Source: a virus (lineage: Duplodnaviria; Heunggongvirae; Uroviricota; Caudoviricetes). Taken from it: DNA of 64,000 bases. Under the pieces are notes generated by a model, which made no database searches, had not been told where the DNA came from, and worked only from the letters and a program-made list of their open reading frames with translations. The stretch lies in IMG/VR virus record IMGVR_UViG_3300017987_000047. The stretch is one strand, 5' to 3'. The position numbers and the translations under genes are program-made. Positions 47,757-57,207 of this stretch are shown one piece after another (within the stretch, counting starts at the first letter, position 1; each line of letters starts with the position of its first letter).

Positions 47757-47784
47757 GGTTTCGTTCCTTGCAGGGAACAGCACG

Positions 47785-47834
47785 CACCCCCGATAACTTT
47801 TGAATGGTTATCGGGGGTGTTCGTGTTGTTTTTT
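47785..47834 (+). terminator. Intrinsic terminator
   Basis: CACCCCCGATAAC/GTTATCGGGGGTG stem; T-rich tail. Confidence 0.8.
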
Positions 47835-47871
47835 AGAGTTCGCTTGGTATATTATCAAAAACGGATACCAA

Positions 47872-48786
47872 ATGGGCTCTAGAAATAAAACAATCTCTTT
47901 AACAGAGAAAGAGAAACAGGAACTAAAGAAAAGAATACAAAAAGCGACGAAAAAATTAAAGAAAAGCCAGATTCTTAATCAGGTTTTTCAGGGGGATACC
48001 TTTAAGTGTTTGGAATATTTTCCACCAAAATCAATTGATCTCTTTTTTGCGGACCCTCCTTATAACCTAACAAAGACGTTTAATCAGCAAAAATTTAAGA
48101 AATTAACGAATGAATCCTATATTGTGTGGTTGGATTCTTGGATTCGCCAAATTCCTCCTCTATTAAAAGATAATGCTACTATTTATATCTGTGGGGATTG
48201 GAGAAGCTCGTCAGCCATTGAAAGAGTTTGTGAGAAGTATTTCCAGATTCAAAATAGGATCACTTTCGCGCGCGAAAAGGGGAGAGGATCAAAACGGAAT
48301 TGGAAAAATAATTCTGAAGATATTTGGTTTTGTACCGTAGATAAATCCAACTACACTTTTAACGTTGACGATATAAAGAGTAAAAAGAATGTTTTAGCTC
48401 CTTATAGGAAAGATGATAAACCAAAGGATTGGGTTAAAACAGAAAAAGAAAAATATCGCCTGACGTATCCATCTAATATTTGGGATGATTTGACAATACC
48501 TTTTTGGTCAATGGCGGAAAACACCCCCCACCCCACACAAAAGCCTGAAAAGCTATTAGCAAAGATTATTCTTGCTAGTTCGAATCCGGGGGATTTAGTC
48601 TTCGACCCTTTTCTTGGGTCGGGAACAACTGCAGTTGTGGCCCAAAAACTAAACCGTTCTTTTTGTGGAATTGAAACAGATAAGGAATATTGTTATTACA
48701 CCTTAAAGAGATTAGCTCTGGCCCAAGAGAATACTTCAATTCAAGGCTATTCGGGAGAATATTTTTTAGAACGGAATGCTCGCTAA
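47872..48786 (+). CDS. DNA N4/N6 methyltransferase (beta class)
   Basis: DPPY, HPTQKP, DPFLGSGTT. Confidence 0.92.
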   Translation: MGSRNKTISLTEKEKQELKKRIQKATKKLKKSQILNQVFQGDTFKCLEYFPPKSIDLFFADPPYNLTKTFNQQKFKKLTNESYIVWLDSWIRQIPPLLKDNATIYICGDWRSSSAIERVCEKYFQIQNRITFAREKGRGSKRNWKNNSEDIWFCTVDKSNYTFNVDDIKSKKNVLAPYRKDDKPKDWVKTEKEKYRLTYPSNIWDDLTIPFWSMAENTPHPTQKPEKLLAKIILASSNPGDLVFDPFLGSGTTAVVAQKLNRSFCGIETDKEYCYYTLKRLALAQENTSIQGYSGEYFLERNAR

Positions 48787-48818
48787 CTTCTAAAATTCGT
48801 AATAATAAAGTTGAGTTC

Positions 48819-49183
48819 GTTTGCTAAGTTGTTTTCTGATTGAAAGGTAACGATGATGTCTGCAAAGATGTTGGTGCTGGATGAACAGCAACAAAAGAAA
48901 ATCGCGCGTAATTTAACTAGAACATTAGGCTATGAGATTCGTTCCACGGATCTCCGTCTTTTCGGAGGAAAACAGATTCGTGTTGTGTCGATTGATGGTA
49001 TTTGCTTCCATAATGGGAGGCCGCAAGAACCGAGATGGGGAACCGAATCCGAACTATCTAAACGATTCGAATCTCCTACGGATGAGTATATAGGAAAAGT
49101 AGAGGACTATGAAGTTCGCTTTGATTCTTCTTTCTTCCCACGGCAAAATTCATAATATATAGATCTATAACAACTTAGCAAAC
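48819..49183. repeat. 15-bp perfect inverted repeat flanking one ORF
   Basis: GTTTGCTAAGTTGTT (48819) / AACAACTTAGCAAAC (49169). Confidence 0.85.
48853..49155 (+). CDS. Hypothetical protein
   Basis: AAGG RBS; followed by terminator. Confidence 0.65.
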   Translation: MMSAKMLVLDEQQQKKIARNLTRTLGYEIRSTDLRLFGGKQIRVVSIDGICFHNGRPQEPRWGTESELSKRFESPTDEYIGKVEDYEVRFDSSFFPRQNS

Positions 49184-49185
49184 AG

Positions 49186-49214
49186 GAAAAACCCCGCCTT
49201 GTGTGGGGTTTTTT
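49186..49214 (+). terminator. Intrinsic terminator
   Basis: AAAAACCCCGC/GTGGGGTTTTT. Confidence 0.8.
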
Positions 49215-49419
49215 CAAACCAAAAAAATATAAGGTCAAAAAAGTTTGTATCCTCCCTATATATTTTTAATGCCAGGCCCCTTTGGTTCTTCTTTGTTTGC
49301 CTTTTGTTTTTTATTTACAAGGTTAACAAAAAAGCAAAGGGGCCAGGGGGCCATAATGCTAATGTTTTAAAAGTAAATAAAAGTAAATAGGCAGTTAAAA
49401 AGGTGGAGTTAAAAATATA

Positions 49420-49452
49420 CTAACGTATTACTTTTATATTTCCGGGTATTTT
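49420..49452 (+). promoter_or_regulatory. CG-N21-TATTTT promoter
   Basis: Recurrent motif. Confidence 0.5.
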
Positions 49453-49465
49453 TAAATATAGTTCA

Positions 49466-49927
49466 ATGGCGTTAACCCTTGCTAGGATGCAAATGAAAAA
49501 GAACTTTCAAGTTAATATTTATATTCCAAACAAATACCAGTGCTTTGCTGATCTTTCTCGGGATAAGAACCATTGGGGGGAATGGCTTGACGCTGTCGAA
49601 CGTCTGGTTGGGCACAGAATTGAAAGAGAAGGTCTTGCGTTCATCCGGAATGACTTTTTACGGGGTGATTCCGCCCTTAAGTCTGCTTTAACGCTTCAAC
49701 TTGCGGGTATCCGGGAATACTATAGAAGTATCAATTTTGAGTTTTCCGATGAAAAGATTTGGGACTTTACCCCAGAAATAATGGAACTGCTTTTTGCTGG
49801 GAAAACGATAGAAGAAGCAGCAGAAAGTCTTAAGGGAAAGGTTGCAGCGATAAAAATAAGTATGCTCTTCTACTGTGCTCTTCTTGGTTGTATTACTGGC
49901 CTAATTCTTATCAAAGCATTGGTTTAA
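49466..49927 (+). CDS. Hypothetical protein with C-terminal TM helix
   Basis: Hydrophobic C-terminus. Confidence 0.6.
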   Translation: MALTLARMQMKKNFQVNIYIPNKYQCFADLSRDKNHWGEWLDAVERLVGHRIEREGLAFIRNDFLRGDSALKSALTLQLAGIREYYRSINFEFSDEKIWDFTPEIMELLFAGKTIEEAAESLKGKVAAIKISMLFYCALLGCITGLILIKALV

Positions 49928-49929
49928 AA

Positions 49930-51003
49930 ATGGAAGAAAACGAAACCCACGTCATCTTTGAAACTTTAACGGGCAGCCGCCTATATGGGACGGACCGGCC
50001 TGGTTCCGATTACGATTATAGAGGAGTCGCGCTGCCCCCATTTAAAACTTTCTTTGGGCAAGGGAAGTTTGAGCAGCTAGAGGATAAAAAATCTGATAGG
50101 GTAATCTACAATTTGGTTAAATTTACCCAACTAGCACTTAATGCTAATCCAAATATTATCGAGTTACTTTTTGTTCCCGAAAAATATTGGAAAACTGCTT
50201 CGCCAATCTGGCGCCATATTCTAAAATTTAGAGAGCTTTTTGTTTCTACTAAATGCAGATTTACTTTCTTAGGCTATGCTTATAGTCAGTTAAACAGAAT
50301 TAAAACGCATCAAAAATGGCTTCAAAATCCTCCGGAGAAGCCCGATCGGAGGGAAATGGGTCTTTCTCTCGAATCCAAGATTCAGGAAGATGCAATTAAG
50401 GCATTGAAAACAATCCCCGCTTCTGTTTTAGGGGACAACTTTACTGTGGCAATTCAAAAGGCCATGGAAGTTTCTTTAAACGCAGAACAGCAAGCTAGTG
50501 GTATTCAAGCGTTGCAAACAATCCCCGCAGAAATTTTGCGGGATTCGCTAAGAAACGTAATTCAAAAAGAGATTGAATACTACGATAAAAAGAAAGCTTG
50601 GGATTCTTATAGGGATTGGAAAGAAAACCGAAACCCAGCCCGATTTAAGCTTGAAGAGCAATTCGGGTATGATACGAAGCACGCAATGCATCTTGTGCGG
50701 CTCCTTCGAATGGGGAAAGAAATTATAAAAACCGGACAAGTTATAGTAGACCGCCGGGAAGTTGATGCTGACGAGCTAAGGGAAATTCTCAAGGGGGCTA
50801 TGACCTATGAGGAGCTAATCGCTTATGCCGCAAAAATGGAAAAAGAAATCGTAGAATATTATGATAAAAGCCCTCTTCCACGTAAACCTAAAATTGAAAA
50901 GGTAGATCGCCTTTTGTTAGAAATCTTTAGCGAATTCTATTCAATTGATTTGGAGTTAGCTGAAACTGCCGTGCGGCGTGCAAACGAGGAATTAGGAAGA
51001 TGA
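49930..51003 (+). CDS. Pol-beta family nucleotidyltransferase (RlaP/YcgL-like)
   Basis: GSRLYG...SDYDYRG; NPNIIELLF; YDTKHAMHLVRL. Confidence 0.88.
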   Translation: MEENETHVIFETLTGSRLYGTDRPGSDYDYRGVALPPFKTFFGQGKFEQLEDKKSDRVIYNLVKFTQLALNANPNIIELLFVPEKYWKTASPIWRHILKFRELFVSTKCRFTFLGYAYSQLNRIKTHQKWLQNPPEKPDRREMGLSLESKIQEDAIKALKTIPASVLGDNFTVAIQKAMEVSLNAEQQASGIQALQTIPAEILRDSLRNVIQKEIEYYDKKKAWDSYRDWKENRNPARFKLEEQFGYDTKHAMHLVRLLRMGKEIIKTGQVIVDRREVDADELREILKGAMTYEELIAYAAKMEKEIVEYYDKSPLPRKPKIEKVDRLLLEIFSEFYSIDLELAETAVRRANEELGR

Positions 51004-51377
51004 AGAAGGAAGAACCCAAAGATAAAGGAAACCTAAATCACCAATGGACTATCACTGCTAAAATTATAGTGGATTCTAAAGATTCCTTGTTAGATGGGGA
51101 ATCAAACAAGGCTCAAGCGGTTGCTGCCGAGATCGAAAAGCAATTCGCAGCATGGGGGAATAAATTTAAGAAAAGCACCCAAGGGGATACTCTAACTCTA
51201 GAATTCCACATGACCTATACAAACTTAACAAAAGGAAAAGAGATCCCGAAAGAACGAGCCAAGAAAAATCTTTTAGATGGGTTTATTTTTGATCTTAAGC
51301 TGTTGTTTCCAAGGGGAGCGATAGAGAAAGGTTGTACCTTCGAACAATTTTCAAGCGCCTGGGTTTACTTGAAATAA
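51000..51377 (+). CDS. Hypothetical protein
   Basis: ATGA overlap. Confidence 0.6.
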   Translation: MKKEEPKDKGNLNHQWTITAKIIVDSKDSLLDGESNKAQAVAAEIEKQFAAWGNKFKKSTQGDTLTLEFHMTYTNLTKGKEIPKERAKKNLLDGFIFDLKLLFPRGAIEKGCTFEQFSSAWVYLK

Positions 51378-51386
51378 GGATTAGGG

Positions 51387-51968
51387 ATGGAACTTAAAGC
51401 AACGCAAGAAAATGTAGTTGAGAAACTTAAAACAATTGATACCTTCTCGACGGAAACTCGGGAATACTATCATTTTAAAAGCAAGCTGTGGAAAGCGATT
51501 AGAAAACATATCGAAAGCAAAGAGTGTGTTATTTTGCGGAAGAGGACGGATGCCCGTTTTGCTTACTACCGGGGATCCTCAGCTGTTAAATTAAACAGCG
51601 TTAAATACAGAGAATATTTTAATGTGGGTAAGCCTCCTACAATTTATTTGGAATTTAAGCTAGAAATTGATTATTGTTTTGATCCGATCAATCATTTCGA
51701 GCCCGACCATAGTGCAGACCAAGTTGAGCCCTACTCTTTCTGTATCGACCCAGACCTAGAAACTAATTTTAGTGAGGAAGCCTTTGAGGCGTGGGTTAGG
51801 GAACAAGCAAGGGAGCTCAAAGAAACCAAAGAGAAGAAACTAGAATACTTTGTTCTTGACCTACTTCGCGCTTTTGGGGAGGACGCAAAAGGATTTTTAC
51901 AGGACCCCCAAAAGATTGAAAAAATTCTCAAGCGAGCCGAAAAGCGGGAAAAGGAGCAATGGCAATAA
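51387..51968 (+). CDS. Hypothetical protein
   Basis: Operon ORF. Confidence 0.65.
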   Translation: MELKATQENVVEKLKTIDTFSTETREYYHFKSKLWKAIRKHIESKECVILRKRTDARFAYYRGSSAVKLNSVKYREYFNVGKPPTIYLEFKLEIDYCFDPINHFEPDHSADQVEPYSFCIDPDLETNFSEEAFEAWVREQARELKETKEKKLEYFVLDLLRAFGEDAKGFLQDPQKIEKILKRAEKREKEQWQ

Positions 51969-52255
51969 TGAAAGATTACCTCGAAATTGGGTCATCCCCG
52001 GCAGACGAAAATTGTGTTCAAGTAGGGGAGAAAGATTACTCGGGCCGGGCAATAAAGGAGTGTGAACGTTTCATCAAACTAATCCGTGAGGAAATGGGGG
52101 AGGAACCGGAAGGAACAAAATTGGCTGTAAAAGGCTTTCCACACGATTTCGGCCACTATTATGAAGTGGTTTGCTGGTACGACCCCAACCTCCCAGAGAG
52201 TGTTGAATATGCTTTTCGTTGCGAATCAGACGCACCAGTAGCATGGAAATCTTAA
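51959..52255 (+). CDS. Hypothetical phage protein
   Basis: AAGGAG RBS; PADENCVQVG, PHDFG.YYEV. Confidence 0.7.
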   Translation: MAIMKDYLEIGSSPADENCVQVGEKDYSGRAIKECERFIKLIREEMGEEPEGTKLAVKGFPHDFGHYYEVVCWYDPNLPESVEYAFRCESDAPVAWKS

Positions 52256-52809
52256 TACTTGTCCTGCTATTTTGTGGTATCCTTAATGTGGTAGCAAGGG
52301 GGCTTTTATTCGAGTTTTCCTGGAAACAGAAGAGCTCTCTTCAACGTTTGCATGCTTTTCTGCGTCTTAGATCCTTAGAACCCTACCGCCTATATAGAAG
52401 TGTAACGTACCGGACCCGAGATTTCGGTGGACATCATATCCAGTTTTTTTACTTCACCGAAACGGAATTTATCGTTTTTGCTGGGCCAGACCGCCACGAC
52501 AAGAAGTCCTCTTTTTATAAGACGTACAATGACGATTCTACGAGGAAGTCTTTCGCATGTTTTGAAATTAGCCTGAAGGAACAAACTTTTCTTAAGAAAC
52601 AAAACACAAACCAACTTTCGAATCGCCGGCATGACCTAATTTCAGTAAAAGATTATGTAAAGAAAACTATACCGGAGCTTTTTCTGTTGGAAGAAGAAAA
52701 AACTCCCATTTCTTACATAACTTCTTCCGTCCCTGCGTTTCGTTCCTTTATCAAAGGATTTATAACAAGAAAGAAGATGCGAGATGGACATCCCAAAAAA
52801 GAAAGTTGA
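52243..52809 (+). CDS. Membrane-anchored protein with degenerate tag
   Basis: N-terminal TM; SYITSSVPAFRSFIK. Confidence 0.6.
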   Translation: MEILILVLLFCGILNVVARGLLFEFSWKQKSSLQRLHAFLRLRSLEPYRLYRSVTYRTRDFGGHHIQFFYFTETEFIVFAGPDRHDKKSSFYKTYNDDSTRKSFACFEISLKEQTFLKKQNTNQLSNRRHDLISVKDYVKKTIPELFLLEEEKTPISYITSSVPAFRSFIKGFITRKKMRDGHPKKES

Positions 52810-53155
52810 TGAGAGTTGGAAAGCTAGGGCCCGGAAAGAAAAAGAAGACCTAACAAAAAAGATAGAAGGAGATTGCCCTGCGGGTCCTCTTGACGAAATT
52901 TTTCTTCAGCTACTCCAGGACTTAATGATGCAGACTATGCAGGCATTACAATCCGGAGACTTGGATACCGCGAAGAAATTTTTAATGTTGTTTGATGCCC
53001 TTGAACACAAAACTCAAAAGACTCAAACTCTCAAGGATAAGGAATTCTTTACTAACATTGCAGAGCTCAAACAGCAGCTCGTGGATTTTGAGCACAAGAC
53101 TGTTGGGTTAAATTCGCTAGATGGTGATATCCAAGAAAATGGAATAATTTCATAA
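52784..53155 (+). CDS. Hypothetical protein (DUF1844-like)
   Basis: KKVDESWK...DLDTAKKFL. Confidence 0.5.
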   Translation: MDIPKKKVDESWKARARKEKEDLTKKIEGDCPAGPLDEIFLQLLQDLMMQTMQALQSGDLDTAKKFLMLFDALEHKTQKTQTLKDKEFFTNIAELKQQLVDFEHKTVGLNSLDGDIQENGIIS

Positions 53156-53190
53156 ACAAAGTTACATTTTCTGAGTATTATAGAAAATGT

Positions 53191-53272
53191 GCCAGAGTGG
53201 CGAAATTGGCTTACGCGCCGGTCTCAAGTACCGGTTCCTTCGGGAATGTGGGTTCGAATCCCACCTCTGGTA
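53191..53272 (+). tRNA. tRNA-Leu(CAA)
   Basis: CCGGT-CT CAA GT-ACCGG; variable arm TTCC-TTCG-GGAA. Confidence 0.93.
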
Positions 53273-53277
53273 TTTAC

Positions 53278-53350
53278 GCACCCGTGGCGCAACTGGAAGG
53301 GCACCGGTCTTCGAAACCGGGGGTTGTAGGTTCAAATCCTACCGGGTGTA
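53278..53350 (+). tRNA. tRNA-Arg(TCG)
   Basis: CCGGT-CT TCG AA-ACCGG. Confidence 0.9.
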
Positions 53351-53391
53351 CTAATAATCTGTTTATCTTTCCTACTTGTAGGGAGGTAGTC

Positions 53392-53898
53392 ATGGCAACT
53401 TTAGAAAAAGTTGTTTTCTATTTAAGAGAGCAGCTTCCCATTTGGAAAAGTTCCCCAGCTAGTTTGGGGTTTATTATCGCACTCGTCGAAGCTACCTCAT
53501 ATAATACCCACCAAAAATATATCATACCAAATCTCACTTGGAGCCCCGAATTTGCGGCCCACCTAAAAGAAGTCCGAAAAATTATGATGCGTGAAATTAT
53601 AAAGGAAACTCCCTACGATTATCTAACACACGCAGATTCTCTAATCCGAAGTCTTGCAAAAGGAGTGCTTTCTAAGAAAGGGGGTGATGCGGAGAACCAA
53701 CTGCTCTTAGATTGGGAAAAAAGTATCTTAGATAAGATAATAGATTCTGTTAAAGATCTCAAAGCACAAGTCGAACTACGAAAGTATGTTCGGCAGGAAA
53801 TCCAGTATTTTAGAGGGAAGGACGATGATAGAATCAAGCAGGAATTATATTCCAAAAAAAATGAAAGTAAAAGAGCAAAACGACTGGGAAGAGCTTGA
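53392..53898 (+). CDS. Hypothetical protein with internal tag
   Basis: GGAGG RBS; DYLTHADSLIRSLAK. Confidence 0.7.
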   Translation: MATLEKVVFYLREQLPIWKSSPASLGFIIALVEATSYNTHQKYIIPNLTWSPEFAAHLKEVRKIMMREIIKETPYDYLTHADSLIRSLAKGVLSKKGGDAENQLLLDWEKSILDKIIDSVKDLKAQVELRKYVRQEIQYFRGKDDDRIKQELYSKKNESKRAKRLGRA

Positions 53899-54031
53899 AA
53901 GATTCGAACAGAAACGTATACGAAGGGCACCCCATAAAAGGCATCGCCAAGAAAATAAAGCAATAATTCAAACAGAATTAGAAAACTTAGGCTACCGTAA
54001 ATAAAAAACGGAATAAAAAAAGTTGCTAGGG

Positions 54032-54676
54032 ATGACACAATTATACAAATATCCCCGAACGTACCATCTCCCATATTCTCCTGGGACTACTTCAGATGAT
54101 AGAATTCTGAAAGATATTTCCAGTTTTGAGGCTATGGGAGATGTTGTCGTAACAGAGAAGTTAGATGGGGAAAATACCTCTCTCTATTCCACTGCTCTCC
54201 ATGCTCGGTCTGTTGATAGCCGACATCATCCTTCTCGAGATTGGGTAAAGGGGCTGTGGGGACAAATAGGCCACGAAATCCCACAAGGAATGCGTATATG
54301 TGGAGAAAATGTTTTCGCCCGCCATAGTATTGAGTATAAAGAACTTCCTAGCTATTTCATAGTCTTTGGTATTTACGAAGGAGAAAAATGTTTATCCTGG
54401 GACGAGACGGCAGAATGGTGTTCTCTTTTGAATTTGGAAATGGTTCCGGTTTTATACCGAGGAAAATGGGAGGAAGGTGTAATAAAATCTTGTTATACTG
54501 GTATAAGTAAATATGGAGGAACCCAGGAAGGTTACGTGGTTCGGAATGCTAGGTCTTTTCCAATTAAAGATTTTAGTATTAACGTAACAAAGTATGTTCG
54601 GAAAAACCATGTCCAAACAACAGATTTTTGGATGAACCAACCCATTGTTCCAAACAAGTTAAGAAAGGCAAAATAA
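54032..54676 (+). CDS. RNA ligase family protein
   Basis: KYPRTYHLP.SPG; TEKLDGEN; CGEN; EGYVVR; KYVRKNHVQT. Confidence 0.88.
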   Translation: MTQLYKYPRTYHLPYSPGTTSDDRILKDISSFEAMGDVVVTEKLDGENTSLYSTALHARSVDSRHHPSRDWVKGLWGQIGHEIPQGMRICGENVFARHSIEYKELPSYFIVFGIYEGEKCLSWDETAEWCSLLNLEMVPVLYRGKWEEGVIKSCYTGISKYGGTQEGYVVRNARSFPIKDFSINVTKYVRKNHVQTTDFWMNQPIVPNKLRKAK

Positions 54677-54677
54677 A

Positions 54678-55250
54678 ATGGCATTCATACTAATATCCCT
54701 CTCCTTAATAGTTCTCCTCCTGCTTACACAGCTTATTCAGAAAGACCAAGAGGTCGAACACCTTAAAGCGAGGTATGTCGCCCGGGATAGAGGAGCTCGG
54801 CAGGAATATAACGACTTAGAATGTGAAAGATATGCCTTGAAGTGTGACTTAAAGGCAAGCCTTACAGCAGGCGACGGAGCGGTGATGATTGCGGAGAAAC
54901 ACGAAGTTGCCCGGAAGCGTTTGCTTCAAAAGCTAAAGGATTCTCGTAGCTTTGGGAAAGAAGCTCTTGACTCCGTTAAAGCCCTTGATATCCTAATAGA
55001 GAAAGAGCGTGCGGAGCAAAGTAATAAACTTAGCATCTCTCAACAACAGAAGTGTGCCCTAGAGGAAGTTTTGGCAAAGGTCCGACGCGACTTGGATGCT
55101 TCCCAGGCTGAAACATCTGAAGCGGAGGACAGAGCTAGGGCCGCAAACGCCCGTGCTGATATTGCCGTGGAGAATTATAACGAGCTTAGAGAAAAGTATC
55201 AGACTTTGCATCGTAAAATTCAACAATTAAATCAACTCTTTTCAGATTAA
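54678..55250 (+). CDS. TM-anchored coiled-coil protein
   Basis: N-terminal hydrophobic helix; heptads. Confidence 0.7.
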   Translation: MAFILISLSLIVLLLLTQLIQKDQEVEHLKARYVARDRGARQEYNDLECERYALKCDLKASLTAGDGAVMIAEKHEVARKRLLQKLKDSRSFGKEALDSVKALDILIEKERAEQSNKLSISQQQKCALEEVLAKVRRDLDASQAETSEAEDRARAANARADIAVENYNELREKYQTLHRKIQQLNQLFSD

Positions 55251-55259
55251 GGGGTTAAG

Positions 55260-55793
55260 ATGTCTTCAACTGCCGAACAGCTTGCTCAGCAGTTTCTAGA
55301 AGAATTTTTTCCTGCAGCGGTCTATAATACTATCTTTAGAAATGGGCGTACAGTTAGTATGCCCATTTGGGTAGCACAAATATACCAACAGGAACCCACT
55401 AGCCTTTCAATTTATTGGGAAAAAGATTTTTTTAAGAAAAACCAGAAGATTGTTGAAACCTTCGCTTCCCATTACAGGCGGGAGGCTGGCGGAAAAAATT
55501 ATACATTTAACCTCCCTTGTGGGAGTTCTCCTATTATTTTGAAGGCAACCTATAAGGATACTGAGCCATGGTTCTTTGCTGAGTCTGATTTCCCAATGCT
55601 TCGCGATCCAAGATTTGGAAATTATCACTTAAATAGAGTACTCTACCCCTCAACAAGCTTTGCTGCGTTTTTAACGTGCAGTGACGGACTTGAAGTCCAA
55701 AATTTAGCAAAAGAGATAGTTAAAACTCAAAGACCGGCAAACGTCTATTTTAATCGTTCCATTAGTGGAGTCCCCCAAAGGTATTGGCCCTGA
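55260..55793 (+). CDS. Hypothetical protein with degenerate tag
   Basis: AFLTCSDGLEVQNLAK. Confidence 0.6.
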   Translation: MSSTAEQLAQQFLEEFFPAAVYNTIFRNGRTVSMPIWVAQIYQQEPTSLSIYWEKDFFKKNQKIVETFASHYRREAGGKNYTFNLPCGSSPIILKATYKDTEPWFFAESDFPMLRDPRFGNYHLNRVLYPSTSFAAFLTCSDGLEVQNLAKEIVKTQRPANVYFNRSISGVPQRYWP

Positions 55794-55796
55794 AAA

Positions 55797-56234
55797 ATGA
55801 CAATTAGTTATAAGACAGCAATTTCAAGACAATCTTTATCTTCCCCAGCAAAGTATTTAGCAAAAGAAAATTTGTTCGTTGGTAGAATCCTGGATTACGG
55901 CTCTGGGCGAGGAGACCTTGCCCGTTTTCTAAAAGTAAAACAACCCATTGAAGAATGGGACCCCCATTGGTCTCCAAAAGAGATAATTGGAAAGTTCGAT
56001 ACAATTTATTGTGGTTATGTCCTGAATGTTCTCCCAAAGAAAGAAAGAGAAAGTGTTGTTGAATCTTGTAAGTCCCTTTTAAACCCAGGCGGAAAAATAT
56101 ATTTTGCGGTGCGAAGGGACCTTAAAGAAAGTGGTAAAACTAAACGGGGCTACCAGTACCTTGTTCGACTTCCCTTCCCGCTAGTCGTCGAGACCTCTTC
56201 TTTTGCGATTTATGTCCTATGCTATTCAAATTAG
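55797..56234 (+). CDS. Small class I SAM methyltransferase
   Basis: ILDYGSGRG; YVLNV. Confidence 0.8.
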   Translation: MTISYKTAISRQSLSSPAKYLAKENLFVGRILDYGSGRGDLARFLKVKQPIEEWDPHWSPKEIIGKFDTIYCGYVLNVLPKKERESVVESCKSLLNPGGKIYFAVRRDLKESGKTKRGYQYLVRLPFPLVVETSSFAIYVLCYSN

Positions 56235-57139
56235 ACCCACATCGAATAAGGCAGGAAGTCGAAGAGAGATTTAAGATCCCTTTCGACCTATTGCAAAAAC
56301 ATAGCGTCCATCCTTTTGGTGGGATTGTCCGGGATCTTTACCACGGAAAAAGCCCCCACGACCTGGATTTAGTTACAAAGAGCAAGGCTAGAATCTTCCG
56401 TTTCTTAAAAGATTTGACGGCCAACAAAGACCATTATTTGATGTTGTACCCTTCTCAGCATCATAATCCTCCAGGGTATAACAGCGATACGCATTCTAGG
56501 GTCGCATGTCTTAAAACTAAAGAGAACCATAAGATAGATATTTTAAAAATAGATTTTCCTGCGGACCCAATGGATAATCTAGATTTCACAGCTAACGCTT
56601 TTGCTTTTGATTGCCAGGCCTCGGGGATTTTTGCTTGGACGAAGGGTTCAAGCCTTTTTAAAAGGCTTACTAAACATGAGTTTTCTGTTAAAGCGGCAGT
56701 AAAAGACCTTGAAAATAAAAGGCTCATATTTCTTAAACCCCATAGGGGACTAAAACACTTAAAGAAAGTTTTACGGTTGAGGGAGGCAGGGTGGGAAATC
56801 TCATGGAAAAATGTTGTATTGAATTTTTCCCAACCTACCTTAATTGAGGGTATTTATGAGATTTTTTCTTTAGAGGAAAGAAAGGCAATCTTAATATCCC
56901 TCTTAACTCATAAAAATACGTATATTCGTTTGTTGGCAAAATATTTTAGAAAGAATATTGAGAGTTTAGAGTCAATGGATTTTATTGATTTGCTGAAAGA
57001 AAGTATCTACTCTAAATTCGCGTTGTTAGAAAGATTTGCCTGGCCTCTTTGGGATATCTTAAAAGAAGGGACTAATAAACTTCCTGGGAAGGAACAAAAA
57101 GAAATCCGGAGCCACATCCCAGAAGATTTACAATTTTAA
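56219..57139 (+). CDS. CCA/poly(A) polymerase head-like nucleotidyltransferase with tag
   Basis: FGGIVRD...HDLDL; DFTANA; SLLTHKNTYIRLLAK. Confidence 0.75.
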   Translation: MLFKLDPHRIRQEVEERFKIPFDLLQKHSVHPFGGIVRDLYHGKSPHDLDLVTKSKARIFRFLKDLTANKDHYLMLYPSQHHNPPGYNSDTHSRVACLKTKENHKIDILKIDFPADPMDNLDFTANAFAFDCQASGIFAWTKGSSLFKRLTKHEFSVKAAVKDLENKRLIFLKPHRGLKHLKKVLRLREAGWEISWKNVVLNFSQPTLIEGIYEIFSLEERKAILISLLTHKNTYIRLLAKYFRKNIESLESMDFIDLLKESIYSKFALLERFAWPLWDILKEGTNKLPGKEQKEIRSHIPEDLQF

Positions 57140-57140
57140 C

Positions 57141-57172
57141 CCTCGTATTTCAAAAGAAATTCCATGTATATA
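57141..57172 (+). promoter_or_regulatory. CG-N21-TATATA promoter
   Basis: Recurrent motif. Confidence 0.6.
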
Positions 57173-57207
57173 TATTAATAGGAAAAAACCTTTAACGGGA
57201 AAGAAAA

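Noticed and set aside
53197-53391. ORF extensions over tRNAs (also 19416-19463, 23333-23392, 27715-27753) and ORFs 11770-12024, 26147-26521
   Set aside because: They translate tRNA or intron sequence; downstream starts fit better.
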